DNA of 64,000 bases, taken from the NCBI GenBank assembly GCA_044892505.1, contig CM097882.1, positions 85,746,001 through 85,810,000 of the forward strand. Reading direction: 5' to 3'. This DNA is from Schmidtea nova. Its lineage: Eukaryota. Position 1 is the stretch's first letter, and the number at the start of each line of letters is the position of its first letter. Position numbers and translations under genes: made by a program. Below are positions 51,577 through 62,869 of the stretch, piece by piece. Under the pieces are notes generated by a model. The model ran no database searches. It was not told the origin of the DNA and saw nothing but the letters and a program-made list of their open reading frames with translations.

Positions 51577-54500
51577 CTATATAAATTTCAGCATTAGATG
51601 AGTCAAATTTTCGTTGGAATAAACTCGGGCAAGTCGTGCAGGTGTAGATGGGTCTTGTCCGACTTGACGTACCCAAATTTTATCGCAATGTGTTACTCTA
51701 CCCGGAATTCGCTTTTTGTAAGGTTTTGCGAGAATTGAAGTAGGCTGTGGTATATCTGGTGTTTCTACAACGGAAGTTTGCGGTATGTCTAGGTTATTGT
51801 TTTCACTAGTTGTTTTATAATTTGTGACAAAAGTACGCGCAATTTCGTTGGAATCGGGTAAGTTTTCATTGATATCAGATCCTGGTTCTATGGTGTTAAA
51901 CTCTGTTGGAGTTTTATCTAAATTTGGTTTAATTTCATTTTCAATCACATCGTCAGACATTATGAAGGCAGGTTTAAGTCGACATAAATTTATAGTTTGT
52001 GTGATGCCTTTAACGACTATATGTGCGTTGTTATCTGTTATGTTGATGAGTTCATAAGGTCCGAAATATTTTGGTCTAAGACTGGAATCGGTTACATTAC
52101 GGACATATACATGTTTTGCGTCCTTTAAGGTTTTCGGAACATACGGTGTGTAAGATGTCGAAGAAGAAAACTGTGGGTTGCTATCAATCGAGAGAAAGTG
52201 GTCTATAGCAATGTCTAACTCTCCCAAAGTAGGAGTGTTGTCAAAATCGATTAGTTGGCTCGGTAAAGAATTTGTAGATCCAAACAACAACTGTGACGGA
52301 GATGTTCCAGTTGTTCTGGAAAGTGTATTGCGCCAACTAAGAAGAACAAAAGGTAAAGCTTTGGTCCAGTTTAGGTTATTGGAAAGAATTCCTAACGAGG
52401 ATTTTAAAGTTCGATGAAATCTCTCGATCATGCCATTAGTTTGAGGATGGTATGCGGTAGATCAGAGATGTTTAATTCCTAGTTTCGAAGTTGAGTGTTG
52501 GAATAACTGAGATTCAAACTGGGTTCCTCTGTCGGTGATTATGGACTTAGGAACGCCATATCTGGCTATCCAGTTTTGAAGAATTGCATTTGCTACGATT
52601 TCAGCAGATATGCTTTTCAAAGGAATTACCTCGAACCAGCGTGTTTTGTGATCAATCATGGTTAGCAAGTTAGAAAAACCATGATCAACAGGTAAAGGAC
52701 CGACTAAGTCAATATGAAGGATTTCAAACCTATTCCCAGTTGGATAATGGATAATAGGTGATTTGGTGTGTCTAGTTATTTTGTGTTTTTGGCAACCGAT
52801 ACACTAATTTACCCAAAGTTTCACATCATGCCTCATGGCTGGCCAAATAACTTGCGAATGCAAAAGATTGAAAGTGGCGGAAGAATCTGGGTGATGCAAG
52901 TCGTGTACGGAATGGAAGGCTAGTTTGCGTAAAGAATCGTGTAAAATCGGTCGTAAAACACCTGATAAAGATGAATCAAAGTGAATTCCATCAACTATTT
53001 TATGGTTGTCGCCGAAAGAGGCTATGTCTTTAGCTGAAGGTGAATTTTCACGAAAATCGTTCGATGAGAACATTGGATCATGAAAAATAGCATTAGTGCT
53101 ACGTGAAAAACAGTCAGGAATGACGTTTTCTTTGCTCGCAATGTGGCGTATCTCTCAAGAAAATTCGGAGATATAGCTGATTTGTCTCTGCTGTCGAGGA
53201 GATGGGTCTTTCATTTTAAAAAGAAAAGTTAAAGGCTTGTGGTCAGTGAAAATTGTAAAAGATCGACCTTCAAGCAAGTGTTTGAAGTGTTTGATCGAGA
53301 GAAAAATACCAAGAAGTTCTCGATAAAAAGCGGAATATTTCTGTTGGACAGAGGATAATTTTTTGGAATAAAACTCTAAAGGTTCGGAAACTTTATTATT
53401 TATTTGGTGTAAAACTGTGCCAATAGCTACGTTAGAAGCGTCAGTAGTCAAGTTTAAAGGTAAATTTCCTTTAGGAAAGTGAAGGCTTTGGATGTTAGAA
53501 AGAGCTAGTTTTGCGTTTTCGAATGATTGTAAAGCAACATCATTCCATACGACGAGAGATTTCTTTGGTCTAGAAACTAAACTAGACAAAGGGGATAAGA
53601 TGTCAGAGACTTTTGGGATGAAACGATGACAATAATTAATTGTTTCAAAGAAACTCCTTAACTGAGATACAGTTTTCGGAAGTAGGAAATTAGAAATTGT
53701 ATCAAGTCTATCTGGAGGAGGTCGAATTCCATTTTCTGAAATTGAATGACCTAAGAAACGAACTTCTCGTTGAAAGAAAATGCATTTTTCGGTGTTTATT
53801 TTAAGTCTATTTTTATGTAGTGCCTGTAAGGTCATATCTAAATGCAATTTGTGTGTGTCTCTGTGTCGGTAGATCCTTTGAGAATGTCGTCGATGTATAG
53901 AATTGCGAAAGGCAAATCCATCAGAACTTGGTCAATATATCTTTGAAACTTCTGCTCAAAGTTACGAAGGCCAAATGGCATGCAGACGTATTCAAGCAGG
54001 CTGATTGGAGTTAATACGACTGTTTTCTCTATGTCAGATTCTTTCATAGGAATTTGATGATAATGCCTTAACCAGATTGATTGTTGAAAAGATTTTGGCA
54101 CCCGTCAAACGGTGAAGAATATCACCGACTAATGGCATGCTGTAAGAATCATGTACGGTGATGGCGTTAGGATTTCGATAGTCTCCACAAGGACGGAAAG
54201 TGCCCTCTTTCTTTAGGACTAGATGCAAAGGTAAAGACACTGGAGATTTAGATCTCCGAATAGTACCTTTATTTAGTAAAGAGAAAAATTCCAAACGGAC
54301 GAAGTCTAGTTTTTCGTTGGATAAAGGTCAGCTTACAGCGGATAAGAAGTGCAGAAGTTATTTCTATGGAATGAAAGTAAGGTGTTGAAGTTTCTGAGTC
54401 TTGTGGATCTTTAAGGTATCTATTTATAATGTCGATCGCGATCTGCGGATGAATAATGGCTGAAGATATGCTAGCAGTGCTAGGATTTGATTTAGCTAAA

Positions 54501-54934
54501 TCAAATGATTTGCGATGATTAAGAGAAGATACAGAGTGGTTCTGTGTTCTTAGAATACGCGAACGACAGTCCACTAGTAGGTTGATTGCGCTCAAAGAAT
54601 CTGAGCCTAAGATAGGTATCACAACGTCGGCAACGCAGAAATTCCAAAGAAATGTTTGGTCAGATAAAGATGGCAATGTGAAAGAAATTTGAGTTGAACC
54701 TAATGTGTTAACGACGCTACCGTTTGCGGCTTTAAAAGAAATAACGGTATAGTCACGTCTAGAAAAGTATTCCTTTGGAAGGATCGAAAGACTGGAGCCA
54801 GTGTCGATCAAAAATTGTAATTTGTTAGATGAGTTACCATCTAGGTTAAAAACTGGTGATTCTGCGTCAAGTAAGAAAAGATCTAAAGCTGGAGGGAGTT
54901 TGCCACCGACTTCTGCCGCAAGAAGTGATGGCAT
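51577..54934 (-). pseudogene. pol (PR-RT-RH-INT), fragmented
   Basis: ORF fragments 54269-54934, 54034-54294, 53838-54101, 53155-53847, 52804-53073, 52462-52668 and 51577-52431. Confidence 0.92.
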
Positions 54935-54946
54935 GATTAGTTTTTT
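54902..54946 (-). promoter_or_regulatory. -1 ribosomal frameshift signal at the gag/pol junction
   Basis: A AAA AAC heptamer before the gag stop, a 7-nt spacer, then stem-loop GCCATCACTTCT-TGCGGC-AGAAGT-C-GGTGGC. The -1 frame is pol. Confidence 0.8.
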
Positions 54947-56553
54947 TGAGTGTCAGTTTGTCGTGTCTTATGCTTGACACAACTTTCTATGCATTTGAAA
55001 GCTTTTTCGCCGAACCTGTCGTGATAAATGCATTTATCAAGGACTTGGCAAGATGTCGACTTATCGTGTCAACTACATCCTAAATGGCAGAATCTTGCCT
55101 TATTTCCAAATTTGTGATGAAAACGACACAAATTTCTATTATTAGATGAAGAACGTGAGGGTGAGCGTCTACGATTATAATTTGGTGCTACATCCCGAGG
55201 TTGTCTAGAAGACATCGAGCTCTCGAGTTCTGTTATCTGTTTAGTAAGCCAGGTGATGGCTGCTATTAAGGCTTCTTCCGTAGAGGGTTTAATTGATGAA
55301 GGAAAAGCCGTTACGGTAGGTTGGTGATCTACCTGGATCGCGTATGCAGACTGTGCATCAAGAGGGACTACTTCGTTTATCTTGTCGGCCATTTTTGCTA
55401 GCTCGACAACGTCTTCAGTGGATGAAAGAGCAAGAATTTGTTGAGCATGTGGTGGCAAAGCCGAAAGAAAGAACTGCCGCAACAAATTCTTGTCAGCTGC
55501 TGCACCAGAGTGCATCTGCTCTAATTCAGCAATAGCATGCTGAAGAAACTGGGATGGTTTTTTATTTCCCAAAGTTTGGGTTTTGAAATATTTGGTAAAA
55601 ACTGCAGCAGTTGGTTCCTTAAAAATCTCTAGAAACGCTTTTTTTAATTCCTCATAAGGTTTCTTGAAAGAAGGTGAGGAAGTGCGAAGAATCACAGCTG
55701 ACAACTTACTATGTAGGTTGGGCGGAATTAATGGCAAAATACGACAGTATTTGTCGCGAGATAATGTAACCCCTATGCCCTCAAGTGCGAGCTCGGTAGA
55801 TATTAATCATATCAGTGGGGAGTTATTTTCGTCTAGAAAATACTGACATAGGTAGATGGACCTCTGTTTGGATGCTTTCGCGCTAGTGTTGCCTTTCCTT
55901 TGGTCAGCCTGGTCATTTTCCTGGTGGTCGCTCTCGGAGTCTGAGGCGCCACCGAGGAGAGGAAAATAACCCTGTATCACGCTATTGTGGGTAATTTTGT
56001 GAGTGGACAAGAGCTCTTGGTCTGCGAGGCGATGTCCGGTGATGTTTAATTGACAATGCGCACTAAATGGGGTGAGGTTGCGTAAAGTGTCCCTTAAATC
56101 ATTTATAGTAGAGGAAGTAGCAAGAAGGATGTGATAGTTTTTGCCCCCCACGGCAACAAAAAGAGAGAAAGTGGTTTCTGTTCTAAATGAGGTCCCCGAA
56201 GCGCCGATACCCCCTGAACAGTCCCATATGGCTGGAGCAATAGATTGTCCAAAAACGGACATGTATGAGTTACTTTTAAAAATAAAACTTTTAGAAAGAC
56301 TTGCGTGATCTCCAACGGTTACCATTCTATTAAAAGCGACCTTTGAACTGCGATTGCTGCGAGATGAATTTTGCGATGTTTTGCGTATTTTGGTTTGTTT
56401 TGAATTCAATTTTGATGGTGATTGTTTAGAAGAACCCATGGATCGGCTGTTGCTAGATGAAGCATTGTCTGATGAATCATGTTCGTTTGATGTGTCCCTA
56501 CTGCTAGTATGACTTAAATCGTTGATGAGAGGTAATCTTTTAATAAAATCCAT
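54937..56553 (-). pseudogene. Ser-rich region, ubiquitin-like domain and Gag in one frame with two internal TGA stops
   Basis: ORFs 55807-56553 and 55069-55737 and the tail to 54937 are collinear in one frame. The stops fall at expected Trp positions (PLI*L ~ PELWF; GCS*). Confidence 0.82.
55948..56169 (-). CDS. Ubiquitin-like domain ending in LLGG
   Basis: Manual alignment to ubiquitin gives 18/76 identities, ungapped from L43 to G76. Confidence 0.8.
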
Positions 56554-57156
56554 ATTTGCGTATGCATCGGCATTTTAATGAATTTTTTAATGATATTTTA
56601 ATGAATTCTTGGTAATGATTTAGAGCGCTCTGTATATGGCCTTGTACTTGCAACAAATTAGCCAGGTTGGAATGGGAAACGGTAAATTCTGGATAAATCT
56701 CCAATGTCTTTTTATCAATATTCATTGCCTCCTCCTTGAGACCTTGTTCCCGTTTAATATTGGCCAAATTGTTAAATGAATCTGCGTGGTTTGGATTCAA
56801 TTTCAACGCCATATTATAACACTTTTCAGCTTTGAACAAATTACCTTTTTCTGTCATTGCGTTGGCTATATTGCAGAATGCGTCAGGAAAATTAGGTTGT
56901 AAGTCGATGATTTTGAGATAACTGCCAATAGCCTGGTCATAGAGACACAAGCAAGATTCTCGTGCAAAATAGGATTATTAGGGTCCAAAGTTAAAGCTTT
57001 AATGTAAGCTGCAACGGCACGATCGAATATCTTTGCTTCTTTGAAGACATGTCCAAGATTGACATGAGCATTTAAGAAATTAGGCTCGAAAGTGACGGCC
57101 TTTTCCAAGTGATGAATTGCAAGCCAAATGTCGCCTTGTGTTTGAAAAATGTATGC
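56550..57156 (-). pseudogene. OGT: O-GlcNAc transferase TPR-region fragment, intronless, frameshifted
   Basis: [45 protein letters not shown]...[14 protein letters not shown]...[16 protein letters not shown]...ADAYANM tracks human OGT TPRs. Confidence 0.95.
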
Positions 57157-57495
57157 AGTTGCAAATGCCAGCTGTGCATTAGGTGCATTTACACTGCCCC
57201 CGAATTGGAAAGTCGGTTGATAGCTCCCGAAATTGAATCAGAATGGTTCAGCTGCCACAGGCGGCTGTTGCTGAGCACTGTCGGCAAGAGTAGCACTGAA
57301 CATATTATTTGATTGGTTGATACTGGCTTCAAATGTGAACTGAGAACTTGAAGGAGCACCGAACATATTTTAATTGCCTGATGTTGTTCGTTGAAGAAAA
57401 AGGAGTTGCAATTGGATTTGACGATTGGCCGAAATTCATTGTCGAAGAGACCGGCGCTGTGAATAACCCAGATGATAGTGATGTGAGTTCGTTTC
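57157..57495 (-). pseudogene. FG-nucleoporin-like fragment fused in frame to the OGT fragment
   Basis: MNFGQSS, MFGAPSSSQFTF and [15 protein letters not shown]; the ATG at 57366 is in frame with the OGT TPRs. Confidence 0.65.
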
Positions 57496-57503
57496 TAACA
57501 CCA

Positions 57504-58050
57504 TTTTCGTGATTTTTTACGACAAATTGATTTGATTTCTCTTTGCCGTAAAATTATTAGATAACTGTTGAGCAGTTGAATAGGCAACGTTTTGAGATAA
57601 AAGTAATGGATCATAGTTATATGAATCATCATGACCATATTTTCTAAATACTTATTCTGCGTCAAAAGATTAAAATCCGATGTCATATTAGAGCTTTGAT
57701 TTGTATTGATATTTTCATTTGACTGTACATCAAGATTTCCATCTGATCAGTAATTACATTGATACCATTTTCTATGTTACCAGCCATGTTATTAAAATTC
57801 AAAACTAATTTGCTTAATAATTTATGTATTTTTAAAAAAACTCCCTTTTACAATTGTTGAATATATAAACAACTTCTTTTATTTTTTTAAACACATTAAA
57901 CATAAAAATATTTATAAGCAATTGAATCAAGTAATAATAATAAACTTTACATCGGGAATTTAACAACATAAATTTTAAATCACAATCAGTTATCTAATAA
58001 TTTTACGGCAAAGAGAAATCAAATCAATTCGCCGTATAAAATCACGAAAA
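57504..58050 (+). mobile_element. MITE, copy 2 (547 bp, ~60-bp TIRs)
   Basis: ttttcgtgatt..ttgatttgatttctctttgccgtaaaattattagataactg is inverted at both ends. Confidence 0.92.
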
Positions 58051-59728
58051 TTATTTTTTAAATTATTTTCTTCTGGTGACCCCTTCATTATTTTGTTTTA
58101 ACATTTTTGGATTTGCTCGCTATTCGGCATACACCCATTCCAATTTTATTTGCAAAATCTATATTTCTAAACTTTCTAAATTTTAATTAATTTTCATTGT
58201 TTAATCATTACTTTTAAAATGTTTATATTTTATTGATTTTTATCAAGTTTTTGTGCTTTTTATCTCTGTATTTGAGCTTATTTAACAAACCCCAACACTT
58301 TTAGACTTTCTTCGGTTTCTTATTTCTTCTTAATTTTAAAATGTTGGATATCTTTTCAACTAACTGGAGACTTAGAATTTTACATGATTTTATATAGTAA
58401 TTCCTGTAACTCCTGTTAATTGGATTCTAAATTGATATTTGACGGCCATCAATTATTTCCTATTTTTAATCTTTTGAAGTTAATCGAATTGCTTCTGAAG
58501 TTTTCCTTAAAAATAATTAAATAATTTTTTTGATCCCTCGGGTTCTCCTTATCTCTAGGGTTTTTCCTTTTACCACGAGATTTCTTGATAATTAATTTGT
58601 TCGAGGTAATTGTTTTATTTGTTGTTCACCGTGTTTCCTCTAAATCACCGTGAATAGAGTACAAGCGAATAATTGGTAGCTATTCTCCCTTTTAGTTAAC
58701 AGGCTCCCTCCGACAATGAATAACTTGCAAGTACTTCCACGCACAGGGATATGTGAGATTTCGCAATTCTAAATCCTAAGTTCTCATCGGGTGTGAACTC
58801 CCGGCTAAGCCACATTACGCTGTCGGGGTAATACACGAAAATAATCCCGAAGAATTATTTAGCGACTCGCTGCCTAGTTGGACTGATTCTTGACCAATAC
58901 TATTAAGCAATCTTACATCTACTAGAGCAAGCCGGCTCTCTAAAATAAAGTGACCGTTCACAATTGAATAACATCACAATAGCTAGATCAAGTGAGACTT
59001 GTATACTATAAGCGGATGATGAATCAATGAGATGGATCATTTGACGCGGAGAGGTATTTATATATATACCACTCCGAACTCTTACGTTGCCTCCATCGTA
59101 AGATAAGTCGTCTATAATATAAGGTGATATATTCCAATAACTAAGTCAAATAAATGATTCGATTCTCCAAACTATTTACCTACAATTGTTAGATTTTATA
59201 AATATGGCTAGGTCACATCCACTAACTAGCGTTAAGGAATAAATACTGCCTCATTACGAATATGGCTACAGACTATTATAATTTTTAGGCAAAATTCAGA
59301 CTTAGAGACATTCAGTCTTAATCTCTCGGATGGTAGTAGCGATCCAAATCTACGGTTTCTTACAAGCTAGGCAGAATACCTATTACAAATCATGACACCC
59401 TTTTCTCGATCGCTCCTGACTTATTTATACTTGAACAGCAAATAAGGATAGTCTCGATACTTTGAAATGATAAGATGCCACTCAAATAATACAGCAAACA
59501 AATAATAATAAAAAATAATACACTCAATTAGTATTAATATTATAATTTCTCCTTAATCCATGACTCTATTTGAGAGAGTCATTGTTACTCCCGCCGTTTC
59601 AAAGGAACCATATCCTGTTCAATGAAAATAATGAGAAGTTCAAGCACTTCTTTTACCCTTATGTTGCCATAAGAGTTTTTGATCGGTTTTTTACAGGCCC
59701 AATTACTTTAAACAACCAAATAAAAACA

Positions 59729-60790
59729 TCAACATATTTTCTGAGTGCCTAACGTTAATAACGGGCCAAGGTCTCCGAGTTTCCATCGTTTCTGACCACC
59801 CTTACTGACTAGGCCCTCACATTCTATTCGAAGTAGTCTCTTTAATCGTCCATATTTGGAAGCTTGTTTCGGTTGGTTAGTAAAGGGGACAGGATCAATA
59901 GCATTAAAATAGACTGTAAGCACTGTGAAACTAATAGCTAAACGTTTATTTTCTGCAAGTGTAATAATTATTTTATTAATTAGTTTCCTAACTGTCTTAT
60001 TTATTACTTATTATACTTTCTTATTGTGTAAAATATATATAAATCTTTGGTTATATACATATATGCATACTTTAGATAAAACAGAATAAAAACAATACTT
60101 TACTATATAAAAAATGTACTGCAAATCACTATCGCATCTAATTTGGAAACTCCAACCTTTTGGATGGATTCCCACGAGTCACCACACTAGACACTGCGCC
60201 AATTTAACGTTATGACGTATCTGCTCCTAAGTTAGTGACCCACTCACGTATCTCCTTGGAATTCGCCAAATTGAGCTATTTAAAATCACCGTTGTCAGTG
60301 ATGATTTGTACATTTAGAACCAATGCCTTAGGATCCATGATGAGAACCAAGTCAGGTTTCCGTACTGTATCTCTATATGGGGTGATTGACTCAACTAGAG
60401 TCTTCAGTCTTTCTTTTTGGCGACATCTGCTACATACGACATGATCTTGTGTCTTTCTACACGCATCCCATAAACCGCGGGACATGACTGCGAAATATCG
60501 TTGAGACTCCAAGAAGCCTTATAACCTATCTTACATCCTGATGACACATCTCACTCAGCCTAGTAGGTGTTCCAAATAAATTTCCTGTTACTTTAACACT
60601 ATTGACAAAAATACGCCCTGTCATCGGCGTCGTCCTCAACGTCAGTCATTTGTGTGCAAACGGAACTTTTTAGTATGAAGCAGATCCTGCAAAGCGTTGT
60701 AGTAGGCCCTTTTGCAACTAGCATGAAATTCACCAACTTTGATCGGCTTCTTCCATTTGTTTAGTGAGTTATTTTTCATCACTGCTAAAG
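59729..60790 (-). mobile_element. R2/NeSL-like non-LTR retrotransposon 3' part (restriction-like endonuclease), decayed
   Basis: GRIFV..., ..CRKTQDHVV.. and RKPDLV....LVLNVQI (PD-(D/E)xK); C-terminal fragment 59729-59923. Confidence 0.7.
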
Positions 60791-60799
60791 GCCAATCTC

Positions 60800-62600
60800 T
60801 CTAATCTGTCTATCTTACCAAACTGCACCTCCCATTACCTAGTCTTTAACTTCTAAGTGAATTTACAAAGAGCATGTATTTTTGGGAAGATTCAACCATT
60901 GACAAAAAAGTACCCGAGTCATTCTGTCTATTTCTTTAAGTTCATTTTCGTTGTTCTTTCCTAAGATTTAGATGATTTTGTTGATGAATTGCGTTTTCCA
61001 TACCAATCACGTTTCCAATTAACTCTAGTTTTCCATTCGGTAATTATTTTTTAATTTATTTGTTCTTAATATTTTCCTAATATTTGGCATACCTTTAATC
61101 CATTTTACCCGACAAAATATTTTTTGGGTTTATTTTCACAAGTCTGTATTAACGTCTGACTCGTGTTCTTTATTTAAAAACTGACAAAACACCCAACACA
61201 ATGACTTTTATTTGTTATAGTATAAATTTTACACTTGTTAATGACACTTTTATGTGTACTCTTGCTGCGCTAGGGTGAATATCACAATGGAAAATATCCT
61301 TTTTTGTACGCAGAATAGATTAAATTCACTGATACTACTGCATTGTTTTTGGTTCCTTTCCTCTCTTTTTGCTTCTAAAATATTTGAAATTTCTTCGACC
61401 AACTAGTAAAGTTACTCGTTTATTAATTCATTTTATATTTATTTCCTAATTCGATATTTTCTCCAATCGATTCAATTATCGGGCCGACCTTTCAATCATC
61501 CATTGCAGTTCGACGGGTTCCCTATTTTCAAAAGGTTTCTAACAACAAATTAATTTAGTAAAGATTTAGATTACTTCCATCATCCCGGGTTCTTTACTAA
61601 TTTGTTTGAGGTGATTATATTATTTTGTTGTTCACTTTGGTTTCACTTTAAATTTTGGATTTTCTTTAATCTCGGGATTTCCCTACTCGTAATTTGTCTG
61701 GAGTAATCAAATCTATTTTTTGACAACTTGGGTTTCTCACACTGCTCGGGTTTTCCATTGGTTCGGCTTCTCATTTGCTCGAGCTTTCCATTAGGAAATT
61801 TAGTTATTTAATTAATTTGTTTTTTATATTTCTTTCCGTGTACCTTCTTTTGATTTTATATTAAAATATTTGGATTTCTCATCATTTGGGATCCACACAT
61901 ACCAGTTTCCTCCTAAAAACCTTTATTTTTAAGTTTTTAAATTTTTAATTAATTTTGTACTTTAATTCTTACTTTTTGAATTGGTTGGTTGTTAATAGTC
62001 AATATGGCCTTGACTGTTAATATGTGGTTGGTTGTTGATCGTCAATATGATCTTGACGTTGTTATGACTCCCATCAACCACTCAACACATAAAACATTAT
62101 TTTAATAATCTTGTTGCTCGTTACGATGTCCGCAAACAGTGAGAGTGGGAAAAATTGAAACTATGATTGACCGAACATCTCAGTGGGTTCAAGGGCTACC
62201 GATAGAAGGTTTAGTGCCCATTTGAGTCCCTTAATCAACAACTAATCTATGACTATTCAATAAAATCTTTGACCGGAAATTCAAATAAACAATTACATCG
62301 ATAAGAATTTATTTCTACATCAATAAGGATTATTTCTCAACATCCAAACATGAACAAACCCGTGGATTGAATGCTTGTAGGGTTTTCTGGGTGTGTGATG
62401 CAGACACATGTTATTAAATGAATTTTGGGTGTGTATTTTATGGGTGTTTGATGCAGTTAGGTACTATTGAGTTAAACCACATAGTATGTGTGTTGATGTT
62501 CGAATGAATTTTTTTGTATGGTATTATATATGGAGGTTACTAATGAATGAAATGGATGTAGTGATTTGCAAAGATGGATGTAAAATTATTTTCGTGATAT
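60800..62600 (-). repeat. Diverged repeat homologous to 49500-50238 plus 58051-59100
   Basis: Shared blocks such as gggttttccattgg.tcgg.tt.c.catttg (50183 and 61748) and a TATA-like ggtattta (59052 and 62571). Confidence 0.55.
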
Positions 62601-62793
62601 CGTGAGGGTATTTATAATATAATATATATTTTTATATATATAAAATATTTTCAGAATTAAAATAATAATAATAATTTTTATAATACTTTCTACAAATTTT
62701 AAATTTATAATTTTATAAAAATTATATAATAATATAATTTCTAATTTTTATAATACGATAATAAAATTTTGGATTTTAATTTTTATAATTTAA

Positions 62794-62866
<73 letters not shown>

Positions 62867-62869
<3 letters not shown>

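Larger units (their letters stand above)
51327..56553 (-). mobile_element. CsRn1-like Gypsy element lacking the 5' LTR, with only a stub of the 3' LTR
   Basis: CHCC Gag motif; FLIDTGS (PR); RPCGDYR, MPFGLRN and YIDD (RT); TDASN and TDHKPL (RH); HIDLVGP, TDRGTQF and IERFHRTLK (INT); GGGGGA PPT then TGTGG at 51327. Confidence 0.92.

Noticed and set aside
55069-55809. TGA-as-Trp genetic code reassignment
   Set aside because: TGG is used for Trp throughout, TGA ends normal ORFs, and TAG also occurs at W positions, so these are mutations.
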